Positions 20,728 to 31,262 of a stretch of 64,000 nucleotides of DNA are shown piece by piece. The stretch lies in the sequence record NC_023593.1; one strand, written 5' to 3'. This DNA is from Escherichia phage KBNP1711. Made by a program: the position numbers and the translations under genes. The notes below the pieces were generated by a model. That model ran no database searches. It saw nothing but the letters and a program-made list of their open reading frames with translations, and was not told the origin of the DNA. Position 1 is the stretch's first letter. Every line of letters starts with the position of its first letter.

Positions 20728-21762
20728 ATGGCATATGGAATATGGACAAGACCTGTTGGTCCAGGTCCGGCGGCACCTGCTGACATTTACATCGATAGTG
20801 GTAGCACGTTTCCTCAACTCAAGAATAGAGTTAGCGGTAACTTTGCATTTAGTGGAAACATATGTGACCTCCCTATAAACGGGTGGGATGGAAGTGGTCA
20901 AATAGTTATTGTCCCGACAGGTTCTGTGGTATGGGAAAGATACATACCGCCTAATGTGACCTCAGACGTATACTGGATAAACAATATCTCAGTTATTAAT
21001 AACTCTACTTTTCGAGTTACTATGGATTATAATGTTAATGGGTGGGTCTTTGATATGGCTTTTAATGTATATCAGATATGGCCTAGAGCTAATAGAAACT
21101 ACGGAATTACTTTTTCTAACACAGCTGATTACTTCTCTATTTCTGACTCTGGCACTGTTGGTCAGTGTATCTGGGCTTGGGAAGGTGATATAAACGGCTC
21201 TCTTCAGATACCAGATATTGGAGGTTTTGATATGAGCCGGGCAACTGTTTATGCAAACTGGAGTCACGGAGGGGCTGGGTTGTTGTATAACCCATCTAAC
21301 AGAGTTGTTTATGTGTACCAAAACAGATCTCACGATAATAGTAACACAAACCAAACAGGGTCTATTGGTGGTGTTAGGATTGCTGTTTTCTGCGATGGTT
21401 CTGGAGTACCAACTCACAACGGTGGCCTAAATATCTTTTCCCCAAATGGGTCTCAGTGCGTATTCTCTACCTACAGAACCCCTTTTAGTGTTGAAGGGTT
21501 TATGCCTATGAGTGGAGGTAATACATCTCTGGCCTATCCAATGATACCACTGTCTTATGGGGCTGGGGCTATACGAGGAAGTGCTAGTGGTTGGTACTTT
21601 CAACACACAAGATCTCATATGATGAATGGATCTTCTTTTGGGACAGGGTATGGAAGAATGATATACTCTTGGTCAAATCAGTATGATCTCGGTGGTGGGG
21701 GTGCTCTAGGATTAAGTATTCCGGTATTAGACGCCAAGAAGATTTTTAGAAGCATACAATAA
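20728..21762 (+). CDS. virion structural protein
   Basis: ORF track; structural context. Confidence 0.4.
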   Translation: MAYGIWTRPVGPGPAAPADIYIDSGSTFPQLKNRVSGNFAFSGNICDLPINGWDGSGQIVIVPTGSVVWERYIPPNVTSDVYWINNISVINNSTFRVTMDYNVNGWVFDMAFNVYQIWPRANRNYGITFSNTADYFSISDSGTVGQCIWAWEGDINGSLQIPDIGGFDMSRATVYANWSHGGAGLLYNPSNRVVYVYQNRSHDNSNTNQTGSIGGVRIAVFCDGSGVPTHNGGLNIFSPNGSQCVFSTYRTPFSVEGFMPMSGGNTSLAYPMIPLSYGAGAIRGSASGWYFQHTRSHMMNGSSFGTGYGRMIYSWSNQYDLGGGGALGLSIPVLDAKKIFRSIQ

Positions 21763-21771
21763 GGAGAGGAT

Positions 21772-22566
21772 ATGGATAGAATTTTAGGAGTTTCAGAACT
21801 AGACCCACTGGTTCAACAAGCTGCTAAGAAGTATGGTATTCCTGCTGCTCTTGTTCATGCGGTTATTCAGAGGGAATCTAGTGGCAAACCCTCTGCTGCT
21901 TCAGGAACAGGGCCAGTAGGATTGATGCAGATTAGTAAAGGTTTGGCAAAAGATTATGGTTACAAATTAGAAGATCGTCTAGACCCAGCTAAGAATATCG
22001 ACATGGGTGCTAGATACATCAGGGACAATCTAAAAGCGTTTAATGGTGATGTAAGAAAGGCAATGGTAGGTTATTCAGAAGGGACTGGTGGTGCTAAGCA
22101 AATGTTTGCTGGTAAGAAAGGGTTCACCCCTCAAGCACTAGACTCCATGAACAACAAACACTTCCTCCCTTTCTTTAACCCTAATGATGCAGCAAGACAG
22201 ACAGCAAACCCTGTAGGAGCTTTACAGGAGGCTCAAGTTGTAGATCAATACAATCCATCAACACTAACTCGTGAGGGTGCTGCAAACGCTCCTACACAGG
22301 CTGAGGTGATGGCTAGTAAGACAGGCGCTCTTGGTGGGAAACCTGCTGAGTTCTACGCTGAAGAAGTGCAAGGTCAAGACCAACAAAGACCTCAGAATTT
22401 TGGTAATGCTGCACTTGCTGCTGCTGCAATGCTGGCTGGTAAAGTTCCTAACTCACAGACTGTTCAAAGAGCGCATGCACCTACTGGAGCTTCCTCTAAT
22501 TACAGTCCTCAAACTCAAGCGGTGCTCAGACGTTTAGCAAGCATCGGTACAGACATTTACAGGTAA
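21772..22566 (+). CDS. lytic transglycosylase (SLT domain), likely virion-associated
   Basis: 'QRESSGKPSAASGTGPVGLMQI' SLT catalytic-Glu region. Confidence 0.7.
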   Translation: MDRILGVSELDPLVQQAAKKYGIPAALVHAVIQRESSGKPSAASGTGPVGLMQISKGLAKDYGYKLEDRLDPAKNIDMGARYIRDNLKAFNGDVRKAMVGYSEGTGGAKQMFAGKKGFTPQALDSMNNKHFLPFFNPNDAARQTANPVGALQEAQVVDQYNPSTLTREGAANAPTQAEVMASKTGALGGKPAEFYAEEVQGQDQQRPQNFGNAALAAAAMLAGKVPNSQTVQRAHAPTGASSNYSPQTQAVLRRLASIGTDIYR

Positions 22567-22575
22567 GGAGGTTCT

Positions 22576-23619
22576 ATGTCTCTCTTCGGTTCTTCGGCTA
22601 AATCTAAAGTTACAGTAGCGCCTTCTTCTCAAGTAGATGCTCTGTTACGTCAGATTGTTTCCAATGCTCAAGGAATGAATAACGGTCAATTTGTTGGTCG
22701 TGAAATGGCAGGATTCAATCAGAATCAAAGTGCTGCTCTATCAGGTTTGGCTAACTCTGATGTACAGAAACAATTAGCTGCTCTTTATACACCCCGTACT
22801 CAGCAAGGATTAGACCAGATGAATACTCTGGCTCAGCGTTATCAAAGTATGGCAAATGGTGGTGTTACTGGTCAAGCTGTTAATGATTACAGCAAATCCC
22901 TGAATAACTCAGCTCTTGCACAAGCCACAGGTAAAGCAGCTTCTAATGTATCTCTTGGCAATGGCTCTGATTCTGGTTCACTCCGTCGTGCTAGTGCTCA
23001 AGGTGCTGCTCTGGCTAGTGCAAACACTAACCTCTCTCGTAGTATAGATGGTAAGAACATGGGGATTAATAACCTCCAGAACAATGAAGCTTTCCAACGT
23101 GGTATCCTAGGTGCTCAGACAGGTCTGGCCGGTCAGAATCTTAACTTGGGTGCACAAGGTGTTCAGGCTACTCAGCAAGCCATTCAGAATCAGCTCTTGG
23201 CTGGTAATCTGCAACAGCAGCAAGACCAGACTCAGGCTAACCTTAATTGGGAGAATGCTATTGGTAATCAACAGTTCGGTTGGAATCAACTCAACAATCA
23301 GCTTAATGTACTTAACTCAGTAAGTCCTATGGCTGGGTACACAATCAAGAATGCACAACCCGGTGTTAGTCAAGGACAGCAATTGCTTGGTGCAGGTGTG
23401 ACTGGACTAGGTATTGCAGGTCGCTTAGGTGCTTTCACTCCTAATGCTCAGACTCAGAATGCTTGGAACTCTTACAACGCTTCTGGCGGACAATCCGGTA
23501 TGGCTGGTCCTATGATTGGTGGGTCTAACCTTTCTAACCAACAGAGTCAAAACAACTGGCTATCTACCGCAGGTAATAATATTTTAGGTGGTGTTCTTGG
23601 GGCATTCGGGGCTAACTAA
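22576..23619 (+). CDS. Q/N/G-rich virion protein
   Basis: Low-complexity Q/N/G/A composition; structural context. Confidence 0.45.
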   Translation: MSLFGSSAKSKVTVAPSSQVDALLRQIVSNAQGMNNGQFVGREMAGFNQNQSAALSGLANSDVQKQLAALYTPRTQQGLDQMNTLAQRYQSMANGGVTGQAVNDYSKSLNNSALAQATGKAASNVSLGNGSDSGSLRRASAQGAALASANTNLSRSIDGKNMGINNLQNNEAFQRGILGAQTGLAGQNLNLGAQGVQATQQAIQNQLLAGNLQQQQDQTQANLNWENAIGNQQFGWNQLNNQLNVLNSVSPMAGYTIKNAQPGVSQGQQLLGAGVTGLGIAGRLGAFTPNAQTQNAWNSYNASGGQSGMAGPMIGGSNLSNQQSQNNWLSTAGNNILGGVLGAFGAN

Positions 23620-23631
23620 GGAGAAAACTTT

Positions 23632-24600
23632 ATGGCTTTATTCGGTGGTGGGGGTGGTTCTACTACCTCCAAAATGACAAGACCTGACTATATTCAGAGT
23701 TACATTGATCAATTAGTTAATCAAGTAAATAACACTAGTTCAGGCGATTATGTTTATCGAGAGAACGTAGGATTTAATAACAACCAGAACCAAGCTCTTA
23801 ATGATCTTGCTCAATCTGGTGCCTTAGGTGCCCTCTCTTCTCGATATATGGATGCAGCTGGTCAAGGGTTAGGTTATATGGATAATGCCTACCAAGGCTT
23901 TAATAACCTCTCCGGACAAGGGCCTATCTCAGCAGAACAGATTGGTGCTCTTGCTGGTGAACTCTACGACGATGCTGCTGTACAAGCAGCTATCACTGCT
24001 AACAACGAACAAACTCAACAGAGTCTGGCACGTAATGCTCTTCCTCAACTGGCTCAGCAATATGCTGGTCAACAAGGCTCTGGTGCTCGTATGGCTAAAT
24101 CTTTTGCTCAGGGTGATGCTCTGAATCAGATGCAGAATACAGCAACCAACATTACTAACAGTGCTTATGACTCTGCTCTAGGACAAGCTCAGAACATCCT
24201 CTCTGGAAACAGACAGAACCAAGCAGCTGCTCTTAGTGGACTCTCTAACATTGGTGGTAACTTGGCTGGTCTTGGTCAGCAAGGTGCTCAGTTGTCACAA
24301 CAGCAATTAACTAATCAATGGGGTGCTGGTTTGCAGCAACAGCAACAGCAACAAGCCGGTTTGGATAATGCTTATCAGAATGCTCAGAACGCAGCTAATT
24401 GGGGATGGCAAGATATTAATAACCAACTAGGTGCAGCAGGTGTCCTTAATGGTGCCCTCGGAACAACCACAACTACTAAAACAACTGGTGGCGGTGGTGG
24501 TTTCCTTGGTGGAGCAGCAAGCGGTGCAGCAGCTGGTTCAGCGTTTGGCCCTTGGGGTGCATTAGCTGGCGGTGTTATTGGTGGCTTAGCCTCTACCTAA
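23632..24600 (+). CDS. Q/N/G-rich virion protein (paralogue-like)
   Basis: Composition and motifs resemble 22576..23619. Confidence 0.45.
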   Translation: MALFGGGGGSTTSKMTRPDYIQSYIDQLVNQVNNTSSGDYVYRENVGFNNNQNQALNDLAQSGALGALSSRYMDAAGQGLGYMDNAYQGFNNLSGQGPISAEQIGALAGELYDDAAVQAAITANNEQTQQSLARNALPQLAQQYAGQQGSGARMAKSFAQGDALNQMQNTATNITNSAYDSALGQAQNILSGNRQNQAAALSGLSNIGGNLAGLGQQGAQLSQQQLTNQWGAGLQQQQQQQAGLDNAYQNAQNAANWGWQDINNQLGAAGVLNGALGTTTTTKTTGGGGGFLGGAASGAAAGSAFGPWGALAGGVIGGLAST

Positions 24601-24614
24601 CTAGGAGATTAATT

Positions 24615-26279
24615 ATGCAACAAACTTCATACGCGTACCTCCGCAGTCGAGACCCACGCAATCAGATTTATGGTGTAAATCAGGGAGGGGCACAAGCCTC
24701 TCCTTATGTTCCTCGTCCTGCTTACCCACAAGCAGATATGTCTGTTTATACCCGTCCTAATATGGCTCCTGCTGGATTAGCTGGATTGGTTTCTCAGGCT
24801 AACGAAGATCAAGAAGCAATGCTTGGTCCAAACAAACAAATTGTTCAGGGTGCTAACATCCAACCTGATATCCCTAACGAAACTCCTGTAGCAGCTCCTC
24901 AGTCAGCTTCTCCTTTTGCTAACGATGAAAGCATGGTTGCTGCTGGCCTTTCTCCAGAAACTGCTTCTCAAGAGTTCTCAGACCCTCTGCCGGTAAGTGC
25001 TCCTCCTAAACCGTTGGAACCTACTGATACAGAGTTTACTCAAGACCAAGTTAAACAGGCACAACAGGTTATGTCAACCCTTTCTTCTGGTTTACCTGAA
25101 GCTGAAGGTATGGCAGGTGCTTCTCGTAGCGCTGACCAAGAACGTGTTAACAAGGATTTGATGGAAGTGGCTAAGGCTAAGAATCCGATGGAAGAGTGGG
25201 GTAAGCTACAGAAACAACCTTTCTATCAGAACTCTAGTTTCTATACAGGCTTGATGGGTGTAGGTCTTTCTATCATGTCCGGTAAATCCCCTATTGAAGC
25301 TTTCCAGATTGGCTCTGGTATGGCTGCACAGGATGAGACTAAGAATCAACTTGAAGCTAACCGCGAATCTCTTATCGAACAAGGTTACTCTCCAGACTCA
25401 GTTGCTGCTGCAATTGCTACTGGTGACCCTTCTGCTTTGAAGATTCGTCAGATTAGCCCTCAAGAGAAACTTGCTTTGTCTGCTATTGAAGATGAGAGAG
25501 CTAACCGTGAATGGGACAGACGTCAGCAGGTTAACGAACAGTCTATGAGTCGTAGAATGGATGCAACTCGTCAGGCTGCTGAACAGCGTGCACAAGAACA
25601 GTTTGCTCGTCAGAAAGATCTTATCAACTATCGTGATAAAGTGAAAGCTGATCGTGCTGAACAGATGGCTCAGAGTTTTAACTTTAATACGAAAGAGATT
25701 CGTAACGCCCAGAACACTGCTGAAGGCACGATTGCTAAACAGTGGGCAGAGAAAGGTGGTCTGTTTAACCAGTCTCATAAAGACTTGGACTTGGCTGATC
25801 AGGCAGTTAAGGATAAAGATTATCAGACAGCTCGTTCTGCTTACATGCAAGCAATTATGAACTCCGCAAGAGCTGAAATTGGTTCTACTCGTTCTCTAAC
25901 TGAAGAAGACTTACGTCACTTTGCAGAAGACCCTTCGATCTTTGTTAAGGTCGGTAATACTTGGTCTCTGAAAGGTGGGTACCGTCCCACTGATGCCGCT
26001 CTTGCTTATGCTCGTAAACAGGCAACTGTTGGTCACACTTCAGCGATGAAGGGTGTTAAGGATGCTAAGAGGGATACTATCAATGCTTATGTGGGTTCTG
26101 GTATGGATAAGAAACGTGCTACTGCACTTGTTAACCGTGCTATACCTTCTGGTGGTTTCTATGACCCGCTGGGTACATTTGAAGCACAGGCAGAAGAGGC
26201 TGTTGGTGGTGATGCTACTAATCCACGCCTGAATGGTGCTCTTTCAGCTTCTGAAGATACTAGCTGGTTCACTCAATAA
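24615..26279 (+). CDS. internal virion protein (hypothetical)
   Basis: GGAG RBS before ATG 24615 (track ORF starts 24552). Confidence 0.4.
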   Translation: MQQTSYAYLRSRDPRNQIYGVNQGGAQASPYVPRPAYPQADMSVYTRPNMAPAGLAGLVSQANEDQEAMLGPNKQIVQGANIQPDIPNETPVAAPQSASPFANDESMVAAGLSPETASQEFSDPLPVSAPPKPLEPTDTEFTQDQVKQAQQVMSTLSSGLPEAEGMAGASRSADQERVNKDLMEVAKAKNPMEEWGKLQKQPFYQNSSFYTGLMGVGLSIMSGKSPIEAFQIGSGMAAQDETKNQLEANRESLIEQGYSPDSVAAAIATGDPSALKIRQISPQEKLALSAIEDERANREWDRRQQVNEQSMSRRMDATRQAAEQRAQEQFARQKDLINYRDKVKADRAEQMAQSFNFNTKEIRNAQNTAEGTIAKQWAEKGGLFNQSHKDLDLADQAVKDKDYQTARSAYMQAIMNSARAEIGSTRSLTEEDLRHFAEDPSIFVKVGNTWSLKGGYRPTDAALAYARKQATVGHTSAMKGVKDAKRDTINAYVGSGMDKKRATALVNRAIPSGGFYDPLGTFEAQAEEAVGGDATNPRLNGALSASEDTSWFTQ

Positions 26280-26298
26280 GACCTAAGTCCTGCCTTCT

Positions 26299-26307
26299 AT
26301 AATGTAT
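26299..26307 (+). promoter_or_regulatory. TAATGTATA motif (candidate phage promoter element)
   Basis: Exact motif 38 nt upstream of ATG 26345. Confidence 0.45.
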
Positions 26308-26344
26308 ATAGGGGGTAGGACATTTTTATTTATAAGGAGACGTT

Positions 26345-29300
26345 ATGGCTAACATTAAATCTTGGGAAGAAGCATCGAAAAGCCCCAAGTATATGAATGC
26401 AACTCCTGAGCAACAGGCTCAGTTGAGAGAGCAATATAAAGCGGCAGGTGGTACAATCCCTGAAGATAAGCCAGTACAACCACAACAAGAAGAGCGTGGC
26501 TTAGTTGGTGAGTTCGCTCAGGGAGTGTCTAATGCTATCGAATCTGGTGGAGCTAGTATTGCAGCTAGTACCGCTCGTGGTTTAGGTGGTCTGGTTGAAA
26601 TGGGTGAGAACGTTCTCGGTTCCCAAACAAGTTATGGTAAAAGAATTCAAGATAACGCAAAACAAGTATTAGAAAAGCGTATGGCTGGTATCGAGGATGG
26701 CTTTGGTAAGACTGCTGGGCAGTATGCTGGAGTGGCTGCTGATATTGGTTTGACGGTTGCTAACCCAGCTTTAGCTGCTGGTGTTATTGCGGGTCGTGAA
26801 GCAGGTCGTGCTTATGCAGACCAGACTCCAGAAGAGGGAGAAGACAAGTCAGTGTTAGATGCTGCTCTTGTTGGTGGTGCTAACTTTGCAGCTCAGAAGA
26901 TTCTTCCGGGTTTTACAGGAACATCTGAATCTACTTTAGGTCGTATTGGTCAGAGTGCTGCTTCTAACGCCGTGGCTGGCGCTAAGGGTGGTGCTCTCGT
27001 AGGTGCTGCTGAAGCTCAGAACAAATATGGTGATGACACTACACTTGCCAATGTACTAGAAGGTGCAATTGATGAAGGTGTTGCTGGTGCTGCTTATGGT
27101 GGTGCTATCGGTGGTGTTCATGGTGCGATTAGTCGCCCTAGTCCTCAAGTGTTTGATAAGACTCCTGAGAATGTTAAGACTGATATCTCCGCTGAAGATG
27201 AAGCAATTCGTAGTGCGAAGAATGCTGATGAACTCCGTGAAGCTTACTCTCAAGCCGATACTGCTAACACAGCTTCCGCTCTTAACCTGCTAGACCAGAA
27301 CGATTTCCGTATTACAGATGCTGTGGCTATGGATTCTCCAGCTGCTCAACGTATCCTTAATACTGACCAGACTCGTGCTGAGAAAGCTGCTTCCTCTCTT
27401 ACAGAGCGTTCTAACATTCCGGGTCTTAATCCTCTTGCTTCTCCAAGTAAGGTCAAGGGTAAAGCTTTTGCGGATAACGAACATAACCAGAAGCAAGCTG
27501 TAGCAATGAAAGATGCAATGGCTGACTACACTAAAGACAACACCAAGACTCTTAATGATGTTCTTGATAACCTAGACCGAGAGTTGAATGACCTTCGTGT
27601 TCGTGGTGACTTTACTGGTAGTGCTATTGACATTAAGAATCAGACTCGCAATGATCGTGATTTCATTGATGCTTACAAGAACTTCTACACTGAAGCAAAC
27701 AGATTCAAAGCTCGTGATGGTGAAGACTTTAATAACTTTGTAGAGAAAGCTACTGAACTACAGAAACTTGCTGACAATGTTTCTCCAGAGATGAAGAAAG
27801 CTATTGGTGGTTTGAAGAAACTCAAAGGTATGCCTGAAGGTTTCAACCCTATCCAAGATGCCTTTACTCTGAACAACACAGCTAAGCTAATGAGTAACCA
27901 AGACCGTGGTTGGACGACACTGACAGATGATGGTTTCCGTGAAGCCTCTTCTCCAAGCTTTGTTATGAATACCCTAGGTGCTGCTAAGTATGCTCTGAAC
28001 CGCTTCTCTTCAGAGAGGGCTAGGTCTCAACGTGCTCGACAGCAGGATTCAAATAGTGAAGCAATTCGCTCTTTGGCTCGTGGTGATTTAGAGGTTGCTC
28101 GTGCTCGAAGTGCAGCAGCAAAAGCACGCGAAGAAATGGAAGCCGAACCGGTTGTTGATGACGTCCAATTTAAGACGCAAGCTGATGACCAAAATATGGC
28201 TGGTTCTGAACCCTCTTCTCCAGCTACTGTGACGGAAGATTTCTCTCCTTCTCCAGCTCCTTTAACTGCTCGTGATTTGGTTGCTCAAAGGCGTGCTATC
28301 CGACAGGCGGAACAACGTCGTGCAGAGGAAGAAGCACAAGCTGCTCAGAATGCTCCAGTTGAACCAGAAGCTCCAGCAGAAACTCTGCCTACGCGTAACC
28401 CTCTTGAGGAACGTAGAGTGCAAGAAGCTGAGATGGAACAACAGCGTGCAGCAGAAGAGGCTGCTAAAGCTCCTGAGACGCCCGTAGAAGAGCCTACAGC
28501 TAAAGCTGAGCCATTACCTGCTCGTGCTCCTAAAGCTCCTAAGGAAGCTGCTCCTGAGGTTAAACCGGCTACTGGTGTAGAGCGTCTTGCTGCTATGTCA
28601 ACAGCTGCTCGTCAGGCTACTAAAAACCGTGCTGAACGTTTTGCTCGTTCTCTGTATACTGCCGGTGCTAAAGCTAAAGCTACTGCGGAAAACTTCTTGG
28701 CTTATAAAGGGGACCCGAAAGAGCTGATGCGTCGTATCCGTCAGGAAGACCAAGCGAACAATGCTGCTCGTCATGAAGAGATGGCTCGTAACCAATTAGC
28801 TTCTCAGCAAGGTATTGCAGCTGCTAAGTCTAACCGAGTCCGTTCTGCATTCTCCGATTGGGTTAAAGAACGTGGGCTACCTTCTGAAATCGCCTCTAAA
28901 GCTCTTCGTGCTGAAGAACGTGGATTAGACGGTAACGTGTCAAGTCTAGACTCTCTGAAGCGCAGAGCTGAGCGTATGTATCAGAAAGAGCGTGATGATG
29001 AGTTTGATAGGATGTATCGTGAAGCTCTGGAAGAAAATAAAGCTTTCGATAAGAAAGATGCACCTAAGCTGAAAGATCAGAAGGCTGAGTTCCAGTCAGA
29101 GATTGATTCTCTGCTTGAGAGCGAACCTCTTCGTCCTGCTCAGAAAGATGCAATGCGTAAGATGATGAGTGATTTTGTTGATGGGAAGTTTAAAGCGGCT
29201 GAGAAAGCTGGAAGGGAAGAAGCTTTAGAGGTTGGTCAAATGAAGGACTTGTGGGATGGATTTATTAATACCTACAATCGTGAAGTTGGCATGTTCAATA

Positions 29301-30766
29301 AAGCTAACAAGAACTCTCAGTATGAAGCAGCAGCTAAGCATCTACAAGCTCGTGAAGAACGTCTTACCTCTTTACGTAACAGAGCAGAAGCTCGTGCTCA
29401 AGCGAAAGCTACAGCAGAAGCTGAACGTCAGTCACTCGAAGCTATTGCTGGTCAGAAGACTGAGATAGAGAAGATGTTTGATGCGTTACCTAAACCTGTC
29501 CGCGAGGCTCAGGAAAGCCGTACTCTGAAACAGCTTGCAGCTCACCATGATAAGAACTCCCCTGTTCCTCCAGAACGTTTCCGTAGTATTATCGAACGTA
29601 TCCACAACGCAGAGTCTGACTACCTTGATCGTAAGCGTCGTCTCACTGATGCAGAGGAAGATGCTCGTGAAGCTAAGTGGAACAAGATGTATGAACAAGC
29701 AGAGGAGATGAACCGTAAGTTCGATATAGATGCTCGTGTATCTCGTGATAAGAGCCTCAAAGAAGCCCAGGAGCGACAGAATGATCTCATGGCAGTACAA
29801 CGCCAACGTGATGACATTCACAGCCGTCTGGTGCGTTCTATCGAAGATAAGGGCATACCTAAAGCTGATGCTGAAGCATTTGCTGGTTCTTATATGGATA
29901 ATCGTTATGCTCTTCTTGAAAAACCTATGACCCCTACCGAACATCAGAATGCTCGTGCACGTATTGAGTCCGATGTAGAGAAGTTTGCTAAGAAGTATGA
30001 AAGCTTGTCTCCTATCGAGAAAGACGTGGTTAAGATTACTGGTGATGTGGAAGGTAAACTGGATGGGTTGGATGCTGAGACTGTGAAGGCAGTTGAGGAA
30101 GCTAGGAAGGTTGACTCTGATATTAAGAAACTTCAGGATGAAGAGTTGGAGATGGAGAAAGTCCGTTCAGCTTTACCTGATGATGAAAAGTCTCAGGCAA
30201 ATTCCGACATTCTGGAAAGCATTAAAAAACAAGAAGATAAGTTTGCAGGGAAGGTTGAGAAGGCATTCTTGGAAGGCAAGGACTTGAAGGAACTGGCTAG
30301 TGTTGCAGAGGTTCTGGATAGGGTTCATGGTGCTGACAAGGCTGGGAACAACCGTAGATTTGTTCGTGCTCTACAGACTGCTGCTGACAACAAGAAGAAG
30401 TATGGTGATAATCCGGTAGCTTGGTTTAGTGCTGATGATTACTCTGCTATTGCTAAACTTGGTGCTGCATCAGCGGGTGGTAACAAATCAAGAGCGTTGG
30501 AGAAGATCTTTGGTTCTACAGCAGATCAAGCTAAGGCTAAGCTTTTGGGGAGAGATGATGTAGCGAAGATTAGACGTGTGATTGAAGCGAATCCTGAAAT
30601 CAAGATTCCTTCTTACAAGACTACTACTCGTCAAGAGTATTTACAGTTCTTGGAGAAGTATAATGATGAGGGAGTGTTGAAAGTCAAACGTGGTTCTCTG
30701 TCTGACAAGTTGGAAAGGAATAAGCGTCAAGCTAGACTTCGTGTTAGAGTTCGCTCGAAAGAGTAA
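26345..30766 (+). CDS. large internal virion/ejection protein
   Basis: 1473 aa; Gly/Ala-rich hydrophobic segments then a long A/E/K/R coiled-coil region. Confidence 0.5.
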   Translation: MANIKSWEEASKSPKYMNATPEQQAQLREQYKAAGGTIPEDKPVQPQQEERGLVGEFAQGVSNAIESGGASIAASTARGLGGLVEMGENVLGSQTSYGKRIQDNAKQVLEKRMAGIEDGFGKTAGQYAGVAADIGLTVANPALAAGVIAGREAGRAYADQTPEEGEDKSVLDAALVGGANFAAQKILPGFTGTSESTLGRIGQSAASNAVAGAKGGALVGAAEAQNKYGDDTTLANVLEGAIDEGVAGAAYGGAIGGVHGAISRPSPQVFDKTPENVKTDISAEDEAIRSAKNADELREAYSQADTANTASALNLLDQNDFRITDAVAMDSPAAQRILNTDQTRAEKAASSLTERSNIPGLNPLASPSKVKGKAFADNEHNQKQAVAMKDAMADYTKDNTKTLNDVLDNLDRELNDLRVRGDFTGSAIDIKNQTRNDRDFIDAYKNFYTEANRFKARDGEDFNNFVEKATELQKLADNVSPEMKKAIGGLKKLKGMPEGFNPIQDAFTLNNTAKLMSNQDRGWTTLTDDGFREASSPSFVMNTLGAAKYALNRFSSERARSQRARQQDSNSEAIRSLARGDLEVARARSAAAKAREEMEAEPVVDDVQFKTQADDQNMAGSEPSSPATVTEDFSPSPAPLTARDLVAQRRAIRQAEQRRAEEEAQAAQNAPVEPEAPAETLPTRNPLEERRVQEAEMEQQRAAEEAAKAPETPVEEPTAKAEPLPARAPKAPKEAAPEVKPATGVERLAAMSTAARQATKNRAERFARSLYTAGAKAKATAENFLAYKGDPKELMRRIRQEDQANNAARHEEMARNQLASQQGIAAAKSNRVRSAFSDWVKERGLPSEIASKALRAEERGLDGNVSSLDSLKRRAERMYQKERDDEFDRMYREALEENKAFDKKDAPKLKDQKAEFQSEIDSLLESEPLRPAQKDAMRKMMSDFVDGKFKAAEKAGREEALEVGQMKDLWDGFINTYNREVGMFNKANKNSQYEAAAKHLQAREERLTSLRNRAEARAQAKATAEAERQSLEAIAGQKTEIEKMFDALPKPVREAQESRTLKQLAAHHDKNSPVPPERFRSIIERIHNAESDYLDRKRRLTDAEEDAREAKWNKMYEQAEEMNRKFDIDARVSRDKSLKEAQERQNDLMAVQRQRDDIHSRLVRSIEDKGIPKADAEAFAGSYMDNRYALLEKPMTPTEHQNARARIESDVEKFAKKYESLSPIEKDVVKITGDVEGKLDGLDAETVKAVEEARKVDSDIKKLQDEELEMEKVRSALPDDEKSQANSDILESIKKQEDKFAGKVEKAFLEGKDLKELASVAEVLDRVHGADKAGNNRRFVRALQTAADNKKKYGDNPVAWFSADDYSAIAKLGAASAGGNKSRALEKIFGSTADQAKAKLLGRDDVAKIRRVIEANPEIKIPSYKTTTRQEYLQFLEKYNDEGVLKVKRGSLSDKLERNKRQARLRVRVRSKE

Positions 30767-30770
30767 ACAG

Positions 30771-30812
30771 GAAAAGCCCCCAAGGATATTCTCCAAGGGG
30801 GCTTTATTTTTA
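30771..30812. terminator. bidirectional terminator at convergence of the two gene blocks
   Basis: 'aaaagccccc...gggggcttt' hairpin flanked by A-run and T-run. Confidence 0.55.
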
Positions 30813-31007
30813 AATCTTTTTGTAGGTAATCGTTCCTTCTTTAACTGCCCTCTCATAAGATTCTTTAAACTTACGCATAGCAGCTATTTTACCTTCTCGG
30901 ATTTTATCATAATCAGGTTTATCTGTTTTCATGGGTAGTATCCTATTTAAGTTTTAGAAACCATCAAATTCGTCATACATCCCAGCACTCTTCATTCATA
31001 CAACCTC

Positions 31008-31262
31008 CTAAATTAAATCATAATATTGAATAATATCTTTCAGAGCAAAGTCACGAATCTGATCTTTCTCTGTATCGTAGGCTGTCATAATCCAGCAAGG
31101 ATTCCCGTCATTGTGATAAACGGAAACACCAACTGAAGTTCGGATAGGAATAACGGCTCGGTCTGCAACCTCACCTCTCCAATTACGATAGCGAAAGCGA
31201 AGAATTTGTTTCGTAGAGACTGGAGCATCAGTTGTTTCCTTTTTTAAATTGTTTTCTAGCAT
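31008..31262 (-). CDS. hypothetical protein
   Basis: Track ORF 31008..31370 trimmed to an internal Met to reduce overlap with the HNH gene. Confidence 0.25.
   Translation of the reverse strand: MLENNLKKETTDAPVSTKQILRFRYRNWRGEVADRAVIPIRTSVGVSVYHNDGNPCWIMTAYDTEKDQIRDFALKDIIQYYDLI

Noticed and set aside
1-30766. Initial impression of a T5-like siphovirus
   Set aside because: No tail tube, tape-measure or chaperone-frameshift genes between capsid and fibres; gene content fits a podovirus-like virion with internal proteins.
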